In this document: in pieces, positions 17,472 to 28,100 of the stretch
Layout: each line of letters begins with the position of its first letter
Numbering within the stretch: position 1 is the first letter of the stretch
From: a virus
Taxonomy: Duplodnaviria > Heunggongvirae > Uroviricota > Caudoviricetes
DNA length: 36,173 nt
Direction: 5' to 3' (one strand)
Virus record (IMG/VR): IMGVR_UViG_2565956709_000006
Notes under the pieces: model-generated
The model's input: only the letters and a program-made list of their open reading frames with translations
The model's database searches: none
Told to the model about the DNA's origin: nothing
Made by a program: the position numbers and the translations under genes

Positions 17472-18005
17472 ATGGCGATAAAAGGGCTTGATCAGGCGAT
17501 TGACAATCTGAGCCGGGTTCGTAAAAACGCCATTCCGGCGGCTTCAGCAATGGCCATTAACCGCGTGGCCACAACGGCGATTAATCAGTCTTCATCACAG
17601 GTTGCCCGGGAGACAAAGATTCGCCGGAAACTGGTTAAGGAACGGTCCAGACTGAAACGGGCGACGGTCAGAAATCCGAATGCCAGAATTATCGTTAACC
17701 GCGGTGATCTCCCTGTGATTAAGCTGGGGATCAGGATGCTGGGGCGTCGCCCGAACAGCATACTTAAAGCCGGTCAGCATCGGTATCAGCGGGCATTTAT
17801 TCAGCGATTAAAAAATGGTCGCTGGCATGTCATGCAGCGTGTGGCCGGGAAAAACCGTTACCCCATTGATGTGGTGAAAATCCCGATGGCGGCCCCACTG
17901 AAACAGGCATTTGATGAGAATGTTGACCGTATCCGGCGTGAACGCCTGCCTAAAGAACTGGCATACGCGCTGAAACAACAACTGAGGATTGCAATAAAAC
18001 GATGA
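17472..18005 (+). CDS. Z: tail completion protein Z
   Basis: 177-aa ORF in lambda gene order; basic protein similar to gpZ. Confidence 0.8.
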   Translation: MAIKGLDQAIDNLSRVRKNAIPAASAMAINRVATTAINQSSSQVARETKIRRKLVKERSRLKRATVRNPNARIIVNRGDLPVIKLGIRMLGRRPNSILKAGQHRYQRAFIQRLKNGRWHVMQRVAGKNRYPIDVVKIPMAAPLKQAFDENVDRIRRERLPKELAYALKQQLRIAIKR

Positions 18006-18397
18006 AACACACTGACATTCGTGCCGCAGTGCTGGATGCACTCGAGCAGCATGAACACGGGGCGACGCTGTTTGATGGTCGCCCCGTTGTTTTTGACGAA
18101 GAGGATTTTCCTGCGATCGCGGTTTATCTGACGGATGCAGAGTATACCGGTGAAGAGCTGGATGCAGATACCTGGCGGGCCACGCTGCATATTGAGGTGT
18201 TTTTACCGGCACAGGTACCGGATTCAGAGCTTGATCAGTGGATGGAAAGCCGGATTTACCCGGCGATGACCGCGATCCCGGCACTGGCAGGACTGATTAC
18301 CACGATGGTTACGCAGGGCTATGAGTATCGTCGTGATGACGATATGGCGTTATGGAGTTCTGCAGATCTGACTTATTCCATTACATACGAGATGTGA
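18002..18397 (+). CDS. U: tail terminator protein U
   Basis: 131-aa ORF (same length as lambda gpU) overlapping the Z stop (ATGA). Confidence 0.85.
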   Translation: MKHTDIRAAVLDALEQHEHGATLFDGRPVVFDEEDFPAIAVYLTDAEYTGEELDADTWRATLHIEVFLPAQVPDSELDQWMESRIYPAMTAIPALAGLITTMVTQGYEYRRDDDMALWSSADLTYSITYEM

Positions 18398-18404
18398 GGA
18401 CGAT

Positions 18405-19157
18405 ATGGCAACACCAAATCCCCTTGAGCCGGTAAAAGGTGCCGGTACCACTCTGTGGGTTTACAACGGCAAGGGTGATGCTTATGCAAACCCGTTGTCA
18501 GACGATGACTGGCAGCGACTGGCTAAGGTGAAGGATCTGACGCCGGGCGAGATGACGGCAGAATCCTACGATGATAACTACCTGGATGATGAAGACGCGG
18601 ACTGGACCGCGACCGGGCAGGGGCAGAAATCTGCAGGTGATACCAGTTTTACGCTGGCCTGGAAACCGGGAGAGGAAGGCCAGAAAGGGCTTATAGGCTG
18701 GTTTGAAAGCGGCGATGTCCGGGCCTATAAAATCCGTTTTCCGAATGGCACGGTGGATGTGTTTCGTGGCTGGGTCAGCAGTATCGGTAAGGCCGTGACG
18801 GCGAAAGAAGTGATCACCCGCACGGTGAAAGTCACTAACGTGGGTAAACCTTCTGTAGCGGAAGAACGCAGCAAAATTACGCCGGTCAGTGCGATTAAGG
18901 TGACGCCGACATCCGGTACGGTGGCAAAAGGGAAAACAACCACCCTGACGGTTTCTTTTGAGCCGGAAAGTGCAACCGACAAGACGTTCAGAGCGGTTTC
19001 CGCCGATCCGTCGAAAGCCACCATTAGTGTGAAAGATATGACAATTACGGTAAACGGCGTGGCGACAGGTAAGGTGCAGATCCCTGTGGTGAGCGGAAAT
19101 GGTCAGTTCGCCGCAGTGGCTGAAGTCACCGTTACTGAAGCGGGCGCTGCAGGGTAA
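18405..19157 (+). CDS. V: major tail tube protein V (with C-terminal Ig-like domain)
   Basis: 250-aa ORF in lambda order; N-terminal tube domain and C-terminal Big_2-like segment ([26 protein letters not shown]). Confidence 0.85.
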   Translation: MATPNPLEPVKGAGTTLWVYNGKGDAYANPLSDDDWQRLAKVKDLTPGEMTAESYDDNYLDDEDADWTATGQGQKSAGDTSFTLAWKPGEEGQKGLIGWFESGDVRAYKIRFPNGTVDVFRGWVSSIGKAVTAKEVITRTVKVTNVGKPSVAEERSKITPVSAIKVTPTSGTVAKGKTTTLTVSFEPESATDKTFRAVSADPSKATISVKDMTITVNGVATGKVQIPVVSGNGQFAAVAEVTVTEAGAAG

Positions 19158-19170
19158 ACGGAGGTAATAC

Positions 19171-19602
19171 ATGTTTCTGAAAACAGAACAATTTGAATAT
19201 AACGGTGTGTCTGTCACGCTTTCCGAATTGTCTGCGCTGCAGCGTATCGAGCATCTTGCCCTCCTGAAACGGCGTGCAGAACAGGCAGAATCCTGCGGCA
19301 ACCTGCAGGTAAGCGTGGAAGATCTCGTCAGAACCGGCGCGTTTCTGGTGGCGATGTCCCTGTGGCATAACCATCCACAGAAAACGCAGTCACCGTCAAT
19401 GAATGAGGCCGTGATGAAGATAGAGCAGGAAGTGCTCACCACCTGGCCTGCCGATGCCATTGCCCGGGCGGAAGACGTGGTGTTGTGCCTGTCCGGGATG
19501 ATCGAAGCTGTTCGTCCGGATACTGATATTACTGAAGTGGCGAAAAATAACACGCTGACTGATGATGATTTTTCTGCGGGAAAGTCTTCGACGGCGAGCT
19601 GA
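19171..19602 (+). CDS. G: tail assembly chaperone G
   Basis: 143-aa ORF with RBS GGAGGT. Ends shortly after a GGGAAAG slippery heptamer. Confidence 0.85.
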   Translation: MFLKTEQFEYNGVSVTLSELSALQRIEHLALLKRRAEQAESCGNLQVSVEDLVRTGAFLVAMSLWHNHPQKTQSPSMNEAVMKIEQEVLTTWPADAIARAEDVVLCLSGMIEAVRPDTDITEVAKNNTLTDDDFSAGKSSTAS

Positions 19603-20042
19603 ACTTTGCCCTCAGACTGGCGCGTGAGATGGGGAGACCCGACTGGCGCGCCATGCTTGCCGGGATGACATCCACCGAATATGCCGACTGGCACCGTTTT
19701 TACCGCACGCATTATTTTCAGGATACCCAGCTGGATATGCATTTTTCCGGGCTGACGTACGCTGTACTCAGCCTGTTTTTTTGCGATCCGGATATGCATC
19801 CCTCTGATTTCAGTCTGCTTGTCCCCCGGCATGAGGAAGAGCAGGTGGAGAGGCCGGATGAGGACAAAATGCTGATGCAGAAAGCGGCAGGACTTGCCGG
19901 AGGCGTCCGGTTCGGTGGGGACGGAGGGCGCGATATTTTATCGTCTGCGGATGTGGCGGATGTCATGGTGGATGATGCCGCATTAATGATGGCTTCAGCG
20001 GGGATTCCGGGAGGTGTGAGATATGTCCCAGCCGGTTGGTGA
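19171..20042 (+). CDS. T: tail assembly chaperone G-T fusion produced by -1 programmed ribosomal frameshift
   Basis: Slippery heptamer G GGA AAG at 19578..19584, identical to the lambda G/T frameshift site. The -1 frame continues as the T ORF (track ORF 19629..20042) to a stop overlapping the H start. Confidence 0.75.
19578..19584 (+). other. programmed -1 frameshift slippery site (GGGAAAG)
   Basis: Heptamer at the end of G with the T reading frame open in the -1 frame downstream. Confidence 0.75.
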
Positions 20043-22596
20043 TCTTGTTATTGACCTGAGTCTGGATGCTGTCCGTTTCGATGAGCAGATGAGCCGGGTA
20101 AGGCGTCATTTTTCAGGTCTGGATACCGACGCCAGAAAAACCGCCAGTGCTGTTGAACAGGGCCTGAGCCGCCAGGCGCTGGCTGCACAAAAAGCCGGGA
20201 TTTCCGTCGGGCAGTATAAAGCGGCCATGCGAACCCTGCCCGCACAGTTTACGGATATCGCCACGCAGCTTGCCGGTGGTCAGAATCCCTGGTTGATCCT
20301 GCTGCAACAGGGCGGTCAGGTGAAGGACTCCTTCGGCGGGATGATCCCCATGTTCAGGGGGCTTGCCGGTGCGATCACCCTGCCGATGGTCGGGGTCACC
20401 TCGCTGGCGGTGGCGACAGGTGCGCTGGCGTACGCCTGGTACCAGGGCGACGCCACGCTTTCAGAATTTAATAAAACGCTGGTCCTTTCCGGCAATCAGG
20501 CCGGACTGACTGCCGATCGTATGCTGACGCTCTCAAGAGCCGGGCAGGCAGCAGGGCTGACGTTTAACCAGGCGAGAGAGTCACTGGCAGCCCTGGTGAA
20601 TGCCGGTGTGCGTGGTGGTGAACAGTTTGATGCCATCAACCAGAGTGTCGCGCGTTTTGCGTCTGCATCCGGTGTGGAGGTGGATAAAGTCGCTGAAGCC
20701 TTCGGGAAGCTGACCACTGACCCGACGTCGGGACTGATGGCGATGGCGCGCCAGTTCCGTAACGTGACGGCAGAGCAGATTGCGTATGTTGCACAGCTGC
20801 AGCGTTCCGGAGACGAGGCCGGGGCATTGCAGGCGGCGAACGATATCGCCACGAAAGGCTTTGATGAGCAGACCCGTCGCCTGAAAGAAAACATGGGAAC
20901 ACTGGAGACCTGGGCGGATAAAACAGGGAAGGCATTCAAATCGATGTGGGATGCCATTCTGGATATCGGTCGTCCGGAATCCTCAGCGGATATGCTCGCC
21001 AGTGCGCAGAAGGCATTTGATGAGGCGGATAAAAAATGGCAGTGGTACCAGAGCCGGAGCCAGCGCCGGGGAAAGACCTCCTCTTTTCGTGCGAACCTTC
21101 AGGGGGCATGGGATGACCGGGAAAATGCCCGTCTGGGTCTGGCAGCGGCCACGCTGCAGTCGGATATGGAAAAAGCCGGTGAACTGGCGGCAAGGGACAG
21201 GGCTGAGCGTGAGTCGTCACAGCTGAAGTATACCGGAGAGGCGCAGAAGGCGTATGAGCGCCTGCAGACGCCGCTGGATAAATATACCGCCCGTCAGAAA
21301 GAGCTGAATAAGGCCCTGAAAGACGGAAAAATCCTGCAGGCGGATTACAACACGCTGATGGCGTCGGCAAAAAAGGATTATGAATCGACGCTGAAAAAGC
21401 CGTCAGGTGTGAAGGTGTCTGCCGGTGAGCGCCAGGAAGACCGGGCGCATGCAGCCCTGCTGGCGCTTGAAACCGAGCTCAGGACGCTGGAAAAACACAG
21501 CGGTGTGAATGAGAAAATCAGCCAGCAGCGCCGGGATTTATGGGAAGCGGAAAGTCAGTATGTGGTCCTGAAAGAGGCCGCCACGAAACGGCAGTTATCT
21601 GAGCAGGAAAAATCCCTGCTGGCTCATGAGAAAGAGACGCTGGAGTACAAACGCCAGCTGGCTGAGCTGGGAGACAAGATTGAACACCAGAAGCGGCTGA
21701 ATGAGCTGGCACAGCAGGCGGCGCGGTTTGAACAGCAGCAAAGCGCGAAGCAGGCGGCAATCAGCGCAAAAGCCCGCGGCCTCACCGACCGTCAGGCGCA
21801 GCGGGAGTCGGAAGAGCAGCGCCTTCGTGAGGTGTACGGTGATAATCCGGCTGCGCTGGCGAAGGCCACATCGGCACTGAAGAACACCTGGTCTGCGGAG
21901 GAGCAGCTTCGTGGAAGCTGGATGGCCGGGATGAAGTCCGGCTGGGGAGAGTGGGCGGAAAGTGCGACGGACAGTTTTTCGCAGGTTAAAAGTGTGGCCA
22001 CGCAGACCTTTGACGGTATTGCACAGAATATGGCAGCGATGCTGACCGGCAGCGAACAGAACTGGCGTGGTTTCACCCGTTCTGTGCTGTCCATGCTGAC
22101 AGAGATTTTTCTGAAGCAGGCGATGGTGGGGATAGTCGGGAGTATCGGCAGCGCCATTGGCGGGGCTGTTGGTGGCGGCGCATCCGCGTCAGGCGGTACA
22201 GCCATTCAGGCTGCGGCGGCGAACTTCCATTTCGCGACCGGGGGATTTACGGGGACGGGGGGTAAATATGAACCTGCGGGGATTGTTCATCGCGGGGAGT
22301 TTGTCTTCACGAAGGAGGCGACCAGCCGGATTGGTGTCGGCAATCTGTACCGCCTGATGCGGGGCTATGCGGAAGGTGGTTATGTCGGCGGTGCCGGAAG
22401 TCCGGCGCAGATGCGGCGGGCGGAAGGCATTAATTTTAATCAGAACAATCACGTGGTGATTCAGAACGACGGCCCCAACGGGCGGGCAGGGCCGCAGCTG
22501 ATGAAAGCGGTGTATGAGATGGCCCGCAAGGGGGCACAGGATGAACTCCGGCTGCAGTTGCGTGATGGCGGTATGTTATCAGGGAGCGGTGGATGA
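20023..22596 (+). CDS. H: tail tape measure protein
   Basis: 857-aa ORF (lambda gpH is about 853 aa), coiled-coil-rich with a glycine-rich C-terminal region. RBS GGGAGGTG. Confidence 0.9.
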   Translation: MSQPVGDLVIDLSLDAVRFDEQMSRVRRHFSGLDTDARKTASAVEQGLSRQALAAQKAGISVGQYKAAMRTLPAQFTDIATQLAGGQNPWLILLQQGGQVKDSFGGMIPMFRGLAGAITLPMVGVTSLAVATGALAYAWYQGDATLSEFNKTLVLSGNQAGLTADRMLTLSRAGQAAGLTFNQARESLAALVNAGVRGGEQFDAINQSVARFASASGVEVDKVAEAFGKLTTDPTSGLMAMARQFRNVTAEQIAYVAQLQRSGDEAGALQAANDIATKGFDEQTRRLKENMGTLETWADKTGKAFKSMWDAILDIGRPESSADMLASAQKAFDEADKKWQWYQSRSQRRGKTSSFRANLQGAWDDRENARLGLAAATLQSDMEKAGELAARDRAERESSQLKYTGEAQKAYERLQTPLDKYTARQKELNKALKDGKILQADYNTLMASAKKDYESTLKKPSGVKVSAGERQEDRAHAALLALETELRTLEKHSGVNEKISQQRRDLWEAESQYVVLKEAATKRQLSEQEKSLLAHEKETLEYKRQLAELGDKIEHQKRLNELAQQAARFEQQQSAKQAAISAKARGLTDRQAQRESEEQRLREVYGDNPAALAKATSALKNTWSAEEQLRGSWMAGMKSGWGEWAESATDSFSQVKSVATQTFDGIAQNMAAMLTGSEQNWRGFTRSVLSMLTEIFLKQAMVGIVGSIGSAIGGAVGGGASASGGTAIQAAAANFHFATGGFTGTGGKYEPAGIVHRGEFVFTKEATSRIGVGNLYRLMRGYAEGGYVGGAGSPAQMRRAEGINFNQNNHVVIQNDGPNGRAGPQLMKAVYEMARKGAQDELRLQLRDGGMLSGSGG

Positions 22597-22922
22597 AAAC
22601 CTTTCGCTGGAAAGTGAAGCCGGATATGGAGGTGAACTCGCAGCCATCGGTGCGTGAAGTGCGTTTTGGTGACGGGTACTCACAGCGTATGGCGGCAGGG
22701 CTGAATGCTGACCTGAAAACATACAGGGTGACGCTTTCCGTGACCCGGGAGGAGGCCCGGCATCTGGAAGCGTTCCTGGCAGAGCACGGTGGCTGGAAGG
22801 CATTTTTGTGGAAGCCACCCTATGCATACCGGCAGATAAAGGTGACCTGTGCCGGGTGGTCTGCGCGGGTCGGGATGTTGCGCGTTGAGTTCAGCGCGGA
22901 GTTTAAGCAGGTGGTGAACTGA
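22593..22922 (+). CDS. M: tail tip protein M
   Basis: 109-aa ORF, same length as lambda gpM, overlapping the H stop. Confidence 0.85.
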   Translation: MKTFRWKVKPDMEVNSQPSVREVRFGDGYSQRMAAGLNADLKTYRVTLSVTREEARHLEAFLAEHGGWKAFLWKPPYAYRQIKVTCAGWSARVGMLRVEFSAEFKQVVN

Positions 22923-23620
22923 TGCAGGATATTCGCGAAGAAAGTCTGAACGAGTCGGTTAAGTCAGAGCAGTCACCGCGGGTGGTACTCTGGGAAATCG
23001 ACCTGACGGTACAGGGTGGTGAGCGGTATTTTTTCTGTAATGAGCTGAATGAAAAAGGGGAGCCGGTCACCTGGCAGGGGCGTAAGTATGAGGCGTACCC
23101 GATTGATGGCAGCGGCTTTGAAATGAACGGGAAAGGCAGCAGTGCCAGACCGTCGCTGACGGTGTCCAATCTGTTCGGCCTTGTCACCGGGATGGCGGAA
23201 GACCTGCAGAGTCTGGTGGGGGCCACGGTGGTCCGCCGCCGGGTGTATGCCCGTTTTCTGGATGCGGTGAATTTTGTGGCGGGCAATCCGGAAGCGGACC
23301 CGGAGCAGGAGCTGAGCGACCGCTGGGTGGTGGAGCAGATGTCGCAGCTGACAGCCATGACGGCCTCGTTTGTGCTGGCCACACCGACCGAGACGGACGG
23401 AGCGCAGTTTCCCGGTCGTATCATGCTGGCGAACACCTGTATGTGGACCTACCGCTCTGATGAGTGTGGTTACACGGGCGGGGCTGTGGCGGATGAGTTC
23501 GATAAACCCACCACGGATATCCGTAAGGACAGATGCAGCAAGTGCATGCGCGGGTGTGAACTGCGCAGGAATGTCGGCAATTTTGGCGGTTTCCTTTCCA
23601 TTAATAAACTTTCGCAGTAA
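22922..23620 (+). CDS. L: tail tip protein L
   Basis: 232-aa ORF (lambda gpL is 232 aa) with a C-terminal cysteine cluster (CSKCMRGCE). Confidence 0.85.
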   Translation: MQDIREESLNESVKSEQSPRVVLWEIDLTVQGGERYFFCNELNEKGEPVTWQGRKYEAYPIDGSGFEMNGKGSSARPSLTVSNLFGLVTGMAEDLQSLVGATVVRRRVYARFLDAVNFVAGNPEADPEQELSDRWVVEQMSQLTAMTASFVLATPTETDGAQFPGRIMLANTCMWTYRSDECGYTGGAVADEFDKPTTDIRKDRCSKCMRGCELRRNVGNFGGFLSINKLSQ

Positions 23621-23630
23621 ATCCCGGTTT

Positions 23631-24374
23631 ATGACACAGACTGAATCAGCGATTCTGGCGCATGCCCGGCGGTGTGCGCCTGCGGAGTCGTGCGGCTTCG
23701 TGATAAGCACGCCGGAGGGGGAGCGGTATATCCCTTGTGTGAATATTTCCGCAGAGCCGGAGGCGTATTTTCGTATCGCACCGGAAGACTGGCTGCGGGC
23801 AGAGATACAGGGGGAGATTGTGGCACTGGTCCACAGTCATCCCGGTGAGCTGCCCTGGCTGAGCGAGGCTGACCGGCGGCTGCAGATAAAAAGCGCACTG
23901 CCCTGGTGGCTGGTCTGCCGGGGGGAAATTCATAAATTCTGCTGTGTGCCACATCTGACAGGACGGCGCTTTGAGCACGGGGTGACGGACTGTTACACGC
24001 TGTTCCGGGATGCATACCATCTGGCGGGAATTGATATGCCGGATTTTCATCGCGAGGATGACTGGTGGCGCAACGGCCAGAACCTGTACCTGGACAATAT
24101 GGCAGTCACCGGCTTTTACCGGGTGCCCCTGTCCTCTGCACAGCCGGGCGATATCCTGCTGTGCTGCTTCGGCGCATCGGTGGCTAATCATGCCGCCATT
24201 TACTGCGGCAACGGTGAACTGCTTCACCATATTCCTGAACAACTGAGTAAACGGGAGAGGTATTCCGAAAAATGGCAACGACGAACGCATTCTGTCTGGC
24301 GTCACCGCCACTGGCACACATCTGCCTTCACGGGGATTTACAACGATTTGGCCGCCGCCTCAGCCTGTATGTGA
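23631..24374 (+). CDS. K: tail tip assembly protein K (MPN/JAMM plus NlpC/P60-like)
   Basis: Start at ATG 23631 (MTQTESAILAHARR), 11 nt after L. HSHPGELPWLSEADRR matches the MPN/JAMM motif. Overlaps I by 103 nt, as in lambda. Start uncertain; the track ORF begins upstream at 23370 inside L. Confidence 0.75.
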   Translation: MTQTESAILAHARRCAPAESCGFVISTPEGERYIPCVNISAEPEAYFRIAPEDWLRAEIQGEIVALVHSHPGELPWLSEADRRLQIKSALPWWLVCRGEIHKFCCVPHLTGRRFEHGVTDCYTLFRDAYHLAGIDMPDFHREDDWWRNGQNLYLDNMAVTGFYRVPLSSAQPGDILLCCFGASVANHAAIYCGNGELLHHIPEQLSKRERYSEKWQRRTHSVWRHRHWHTSAFTGIYNDLAAASACM

Positions 24375-24952
24375 ACACGGCAGCGGAAGCCATTCGCGCC
24401 CTGTCGATGCAGATGCCGGGCTTTCGCCTTCAGATGAACGAAGGCTGGTACCAGATACGTATTGCCGGTGAAGACACGGCACCGGAGGTGGTGTACGCCC
24501 GCCTTCACGAACAGCTGGGTGAGGGAACGGTCATCCACATTGTGCCGCGACTGGCCGGGGCCGGAAAGGGTGGACTGCAGATTGTGTTGGGGGCGGCAGC
24601 CATCGTGGGCTCTTTCTTCACTGCCGGGGCATCAATGGCGTTATGGGGTTCAGCCCTGGCAGCCGGTGGTTTTTCTGCCACCACGATGCTGTTTTCACTT
24701 GGAGCCAGCATGATTCTGGGCGGTGTGGCCCAGATGCTGGCCCCGAAGGCAAAAACACCGGATTACCGCGCAACGGATAACGGCAGACAGAACACGTACT
24801 TTTCCTCGCTGGATAACATGATTGCCCAGGGGAACTCGATGCCGGTGCCTTACGGGGAAATGCTGGTTGGCTCCCGCCGTATATCCCAGGACATCAGCAC
24901 CCGTGATGAAGGCGGGGGCGGAAAGGTCGTGGTTATCGGGCGACAGGGATAA
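24272..24952 (+). CDS. I: tail tip assembly protein I
   Basis: 226-aa ORF very similar to lambda gpI (CLHGDLQRFGRR, GWYQIRIAG, IHIVPR, glycine-rich hydrophobic middle, NTYFSSLDNMIAQGN, PYGEM). Confidence 0.9.
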   Translation: MATTNAFCLASPPLAHICLHGDLQRFGRRLSLYVNTAAEAIRALSMQMPGFRLQMNEGWYQIRIAGEDTAPEVVYARLHEQLGEGTVIHIVPRLAGAGKGGLQIVLGAAAIVGSFFTAGASMALWGSALAAGGFSATTMLFSLGASMILGGVAQMLAPKAKTPDYRATDNGRQNTYFSSLDNMIAQGNSMPVPYGEMLVGSRRISQDISTRDEGGGGKVVVIGRQG

Positions 24953-24955
24953 AAC

Positions 24956-24990
24956 ATAAAAAAATCCCGCAGTGATCGCGGAGCTGCGGG
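24956..24990 (-). terminator. Rho-independent terminator oriented for the minus strand, in the I-J intergenic region
   Basis: 7-bp stem CCCGCAG/CTGCGGG (24966..24990) preceded on the plus strand by a run of A's, i.e. followed by a T-run on the minus strand. Confidence 0.5.
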
Positions 24991-25000
24991 GACAGACAAA

Positions 25001-25126
25001 TGAAGATCAATGTGAAGGAGTTGTTTTTGTTACTCGGGCAAAAAAACACTAACGCAGTGAAATTATACGCGCCACAGTCAGTGTGTGAAAATGTGAAGAT
25101 ATTCAGAAATTTTATTCCGTCATGAC
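25001..25126 (+). CDS. small hypothetical ORF (41 aa) in the I-J intergenic insert
   Basis: ATG at 25001 preceded by GGGGA (7-nt spacing). Encodes MKINVKELFLLLGQKNTNAVKLYAPQSVCENVKIFRNFIPS. The stop is immediately followed by a terminator hairpin. Not in the ORF track (under 60 aa). Confidence 0.25.
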
Positions 25127-25127
25127 G

Positions 25128-25157
25128 CAGGCACCCGGTGAGGTGCCTGTTGTTTTT
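25128..25157 (+). terminator. Rho-independent terminator just upstream of J
   Basis: 8-bp stem CAGGCACC/GGTGCCTG with 6-nt loop followed by TTGTTTTTGTG. Confidence 0.55.
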
Positions 25158-25192
25158 GTGAGTGAACAATTATCACGGTAAGAGGTGATGTA

Positions 25193-28100
25193 ATGGGCAA
25201 AGGTGGCGGCAAGGCGCACACACCGCGTGAGGCGAAAGACAATCTCAAATCCACGCAGATGATGAGCGTGATTGATGCGATTGGTGAGGGGCCGATAGAT
25301 GGCCCGGTGAAAGGCCTGCAGAGTATTCTGGTGAACAAAACCCCGCTGACGGACACGGACGGTAATCCCGTGATACACGGTGTGACCGCGGTCTGGCGTG
25401 CCGGGGAGCAGGAGCAGACACCACCGGAAGGCTTTGAGTCCTCCGGCTCTGAAACTGTACTGGGTGTCGAAGTGACCAGGGCAAAACCGGTAACACGCAC
25501 CATTACGTCAGCGAACATTGACCGCCTGCGGGTGACCTTCGGGGTGCAGTCACTGGTGGAGACCACGTCAAAGGGTGACCGTAATCCGTCCTCTGTCCGT
25601 CTGCTGATTCAGTTACAGCGTAACGGTAACTGGGTGACAGAAAAGGATGTCACCATTAACGGCAAGACCACCTCACAGTTCCTGGCCTCGGTGATTCTGG
25701 ATAATCTGCCTCCCCGCCCCTTTAACATCCGGATGGTCAGGGAGACGGCGGACAGCACCACGGACCAGCTGCAGAACAGAACGCTGTGGTCGTCATACAC
25801 CGAAATCATCGATGTGAAACAGTGCTACCCGAACACGGCCATTGTGGGGATGCAGGTGGATGCGGAGCAGTTTGGTGGTCAGCAGATGACGGTGAACTAC
25901 CATATCCGCGGTCGCATCATCCAGGTGCCGTCAAACTATGACCCGGAAAAACGCACGTACAGTGGTATCTGGGACGGCAGTCTGAAACCGGCATACAGCA
26001 ACAATCCGGCTTGGTGTCTGTGGGACATGCTGACTCACCCGCGCTACGGCATGGGAAAACGTCTGGGGGCGGCGGATGTGGACAAGTGGGCGCTGTATGC
26101 CATCGGGCAGTACTGCGACCAGATGGTGCCGGATGGCTTCGGGGGCACCGAGCCGCGGATGACCTTCAATGCGTACCTGGCACAACAGCGTAAGGCGTGG
26201 GATGTTCTCAGTGATTTCTGCTCGGCGATGCGCTGTATGCCGGTATGGAACGGCCAGATGCTGACGTTTGTTCAGGACCGCCTGTCGGATGTGGTGTGGC
26301 CGTACACCAACAGCGATGTGGTGGTGGATGATAACGGCGTGGGGTTCCGCTACAGCTTCAGTGCCCTGAAGGACCGGCACACGGCGGTGGAGGTGAATTA
26401 CACCGACCCGCAGAACGGCTGGCAGACCTCCACGGAGCTGGTGGAAGACCCGGAAGCCATACTGCGCTACGGGCGCAATCTGCTGAAGATGGACGCGTTC
26501 GGCTGTACCAGCCGCGGTCAGGCCCACCGTGCCGGACTGTGGGTGATAAAGACCGAACTGCTGGAAACGCAGACGGTGGATTTCACGCTCGGGTCTCAGG
26601 GGCTGCGGCACACACCCGGTGACATTATTGAAATCTGTGATAATGACTATGCCGGGACCCTGACCGGCGGACGTGTCCTGTCCATTGATGCTGCCACCCG
26701 CACCCTGACGCTGGACCGTGAGGTTACCCTGCCGGAGACCGGTGCCGCCACGGTGAACCTGATTAACGGCAGCGGTAAGCCGGTGAGTGTGGACATCACC
26801 GAACACCCCGCGCCGGACCGGATACAGGTCAGTACCCTGCCTGATGGTGTGGAGACATACGGGGTGTGGGGACTCTCCCTGCCGTCACTGCGCCGTCGCC
26901 TGTTCCGCTGTGTCTCCATCCGGGAAAACACGGACGGCACCTTTGCCATCACGGCGGTGCAGCACGTACCGGAAAAAGAAGCCATCGTGGATAACGGTGC
27001 CCGCTTTGAGCCGCAGTCAGGTTCCCTGAACAGCGTCATCCCACCGGCAGTGCAGCACCTGACGGTGGAGGTGAGCGCAGCTGACGGCCAGTATCTGGCG
27101 CAGGCGAAATGGGACACGCCGCGGGTGGTGAAGGGTGTGCGCTTCAGTCTGCGCCTGACCAGTGGTAAGGGAACGGATGCCAGACTGGTGACCACCGCCA
27201 TCACCGCAGACACGGAGCACCGTTTCAGCGGCCTGCCGCTCGGGGAATACACCCTGACGGTGCGGGCGATAAACAGCTATGGCCAGCAGGGTGAACCTGC
27301 CACCACCACCTTCCGGATTACCGCACCGGCAGCACCGTCGCGGATTGAGCTGACGCCGGGCTATTTTCAGATAACCGCAACGCCACATCTTGCCGTTTAT
27401 GACCCGACGGTACAGTTTGAGTTCTGGTTCTCGGAAAAGCGGATTGCGGATATCAGGCAGGTTGAAACCGCAGCCCGCTATCTTGGCTCGGCGCTGTACT
27501 GGATAGCTGCCAGTATCAATATCAAACCGGGCCATGATTATTATTTTTATATCCGCAGTGTGAATACTGTTGGCAAATCGGCATTCGTGGAGGCTGTCGG
27601 TCGGGCGAGCGATGATGCGGAAGGTTACCTGGATTTTTTCAAAGGAGAAATCGGGAAAACACATCTGGCCCAGGAGCTGTGGACGCAGATTGATAACGGT
27701 CAGCTTGCGCCGGACCTGGCTGAAATCAGGACGTCCATTACGAATGTCAGCAATGAAATCACGCAGACCGTCAATAAAAAACTGGAAAATCAGAGTGCGG
27801 CAATCCAGCAGATACAGAAAGTTCAGGTTGATACAAATAATAACCTGAACAGCATGTGGGCCGTGAAACTGCAGCAGATGCAGGACGGACGCCTTTATAT
27901 TGCGGGTATCGGTGCCGGTATTGAGAATACGCCAGCAGGAATGCAGAGTCAGGTGCTGCTGGCGGCAGACAGGATTGCGATGATTAATCCTGCGAATGGC
28001 AACACAAAGCCGATGTTTGTTGGTCAGGGCGATCAGATATTTATGAATGAAGTGTTCCTGAAATATCTGACGGCTCCCACCATTACCAGCGGCGGTAATC

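Noticed and set aside
18498-19832. 444-aa minus-strand ORF spanning the V, G and T region
   Set aside because: Lies antisense to well-supported, lambda-homologous genes V and G/T. Its composition is Arg/Cys/His-rich, typical of a spurious antisense frame in GC-rich coding DNA, with no RBS or recognisable motif.
20496-22205. Multiple minus-strand and off-frame ORFs within the tape measure gene H
   Set aside because: H is continuous and lambda-like across this region; the overlapping ORFs have biased composition and no start signals.
24933-25169. 78-aa minus-strand ORF in the I-J spacer
   Set aside because: Runs through both terminator hairpins and has no RBS; the short plus-strand ORF and the terminators explain the region better.
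25931-27664. Long minus-strand ORFs (25931..26806, 26647..27252, 27017..27664) inside J
   Set aside because: Antisense to the strongly supported J gene; spurious frames.
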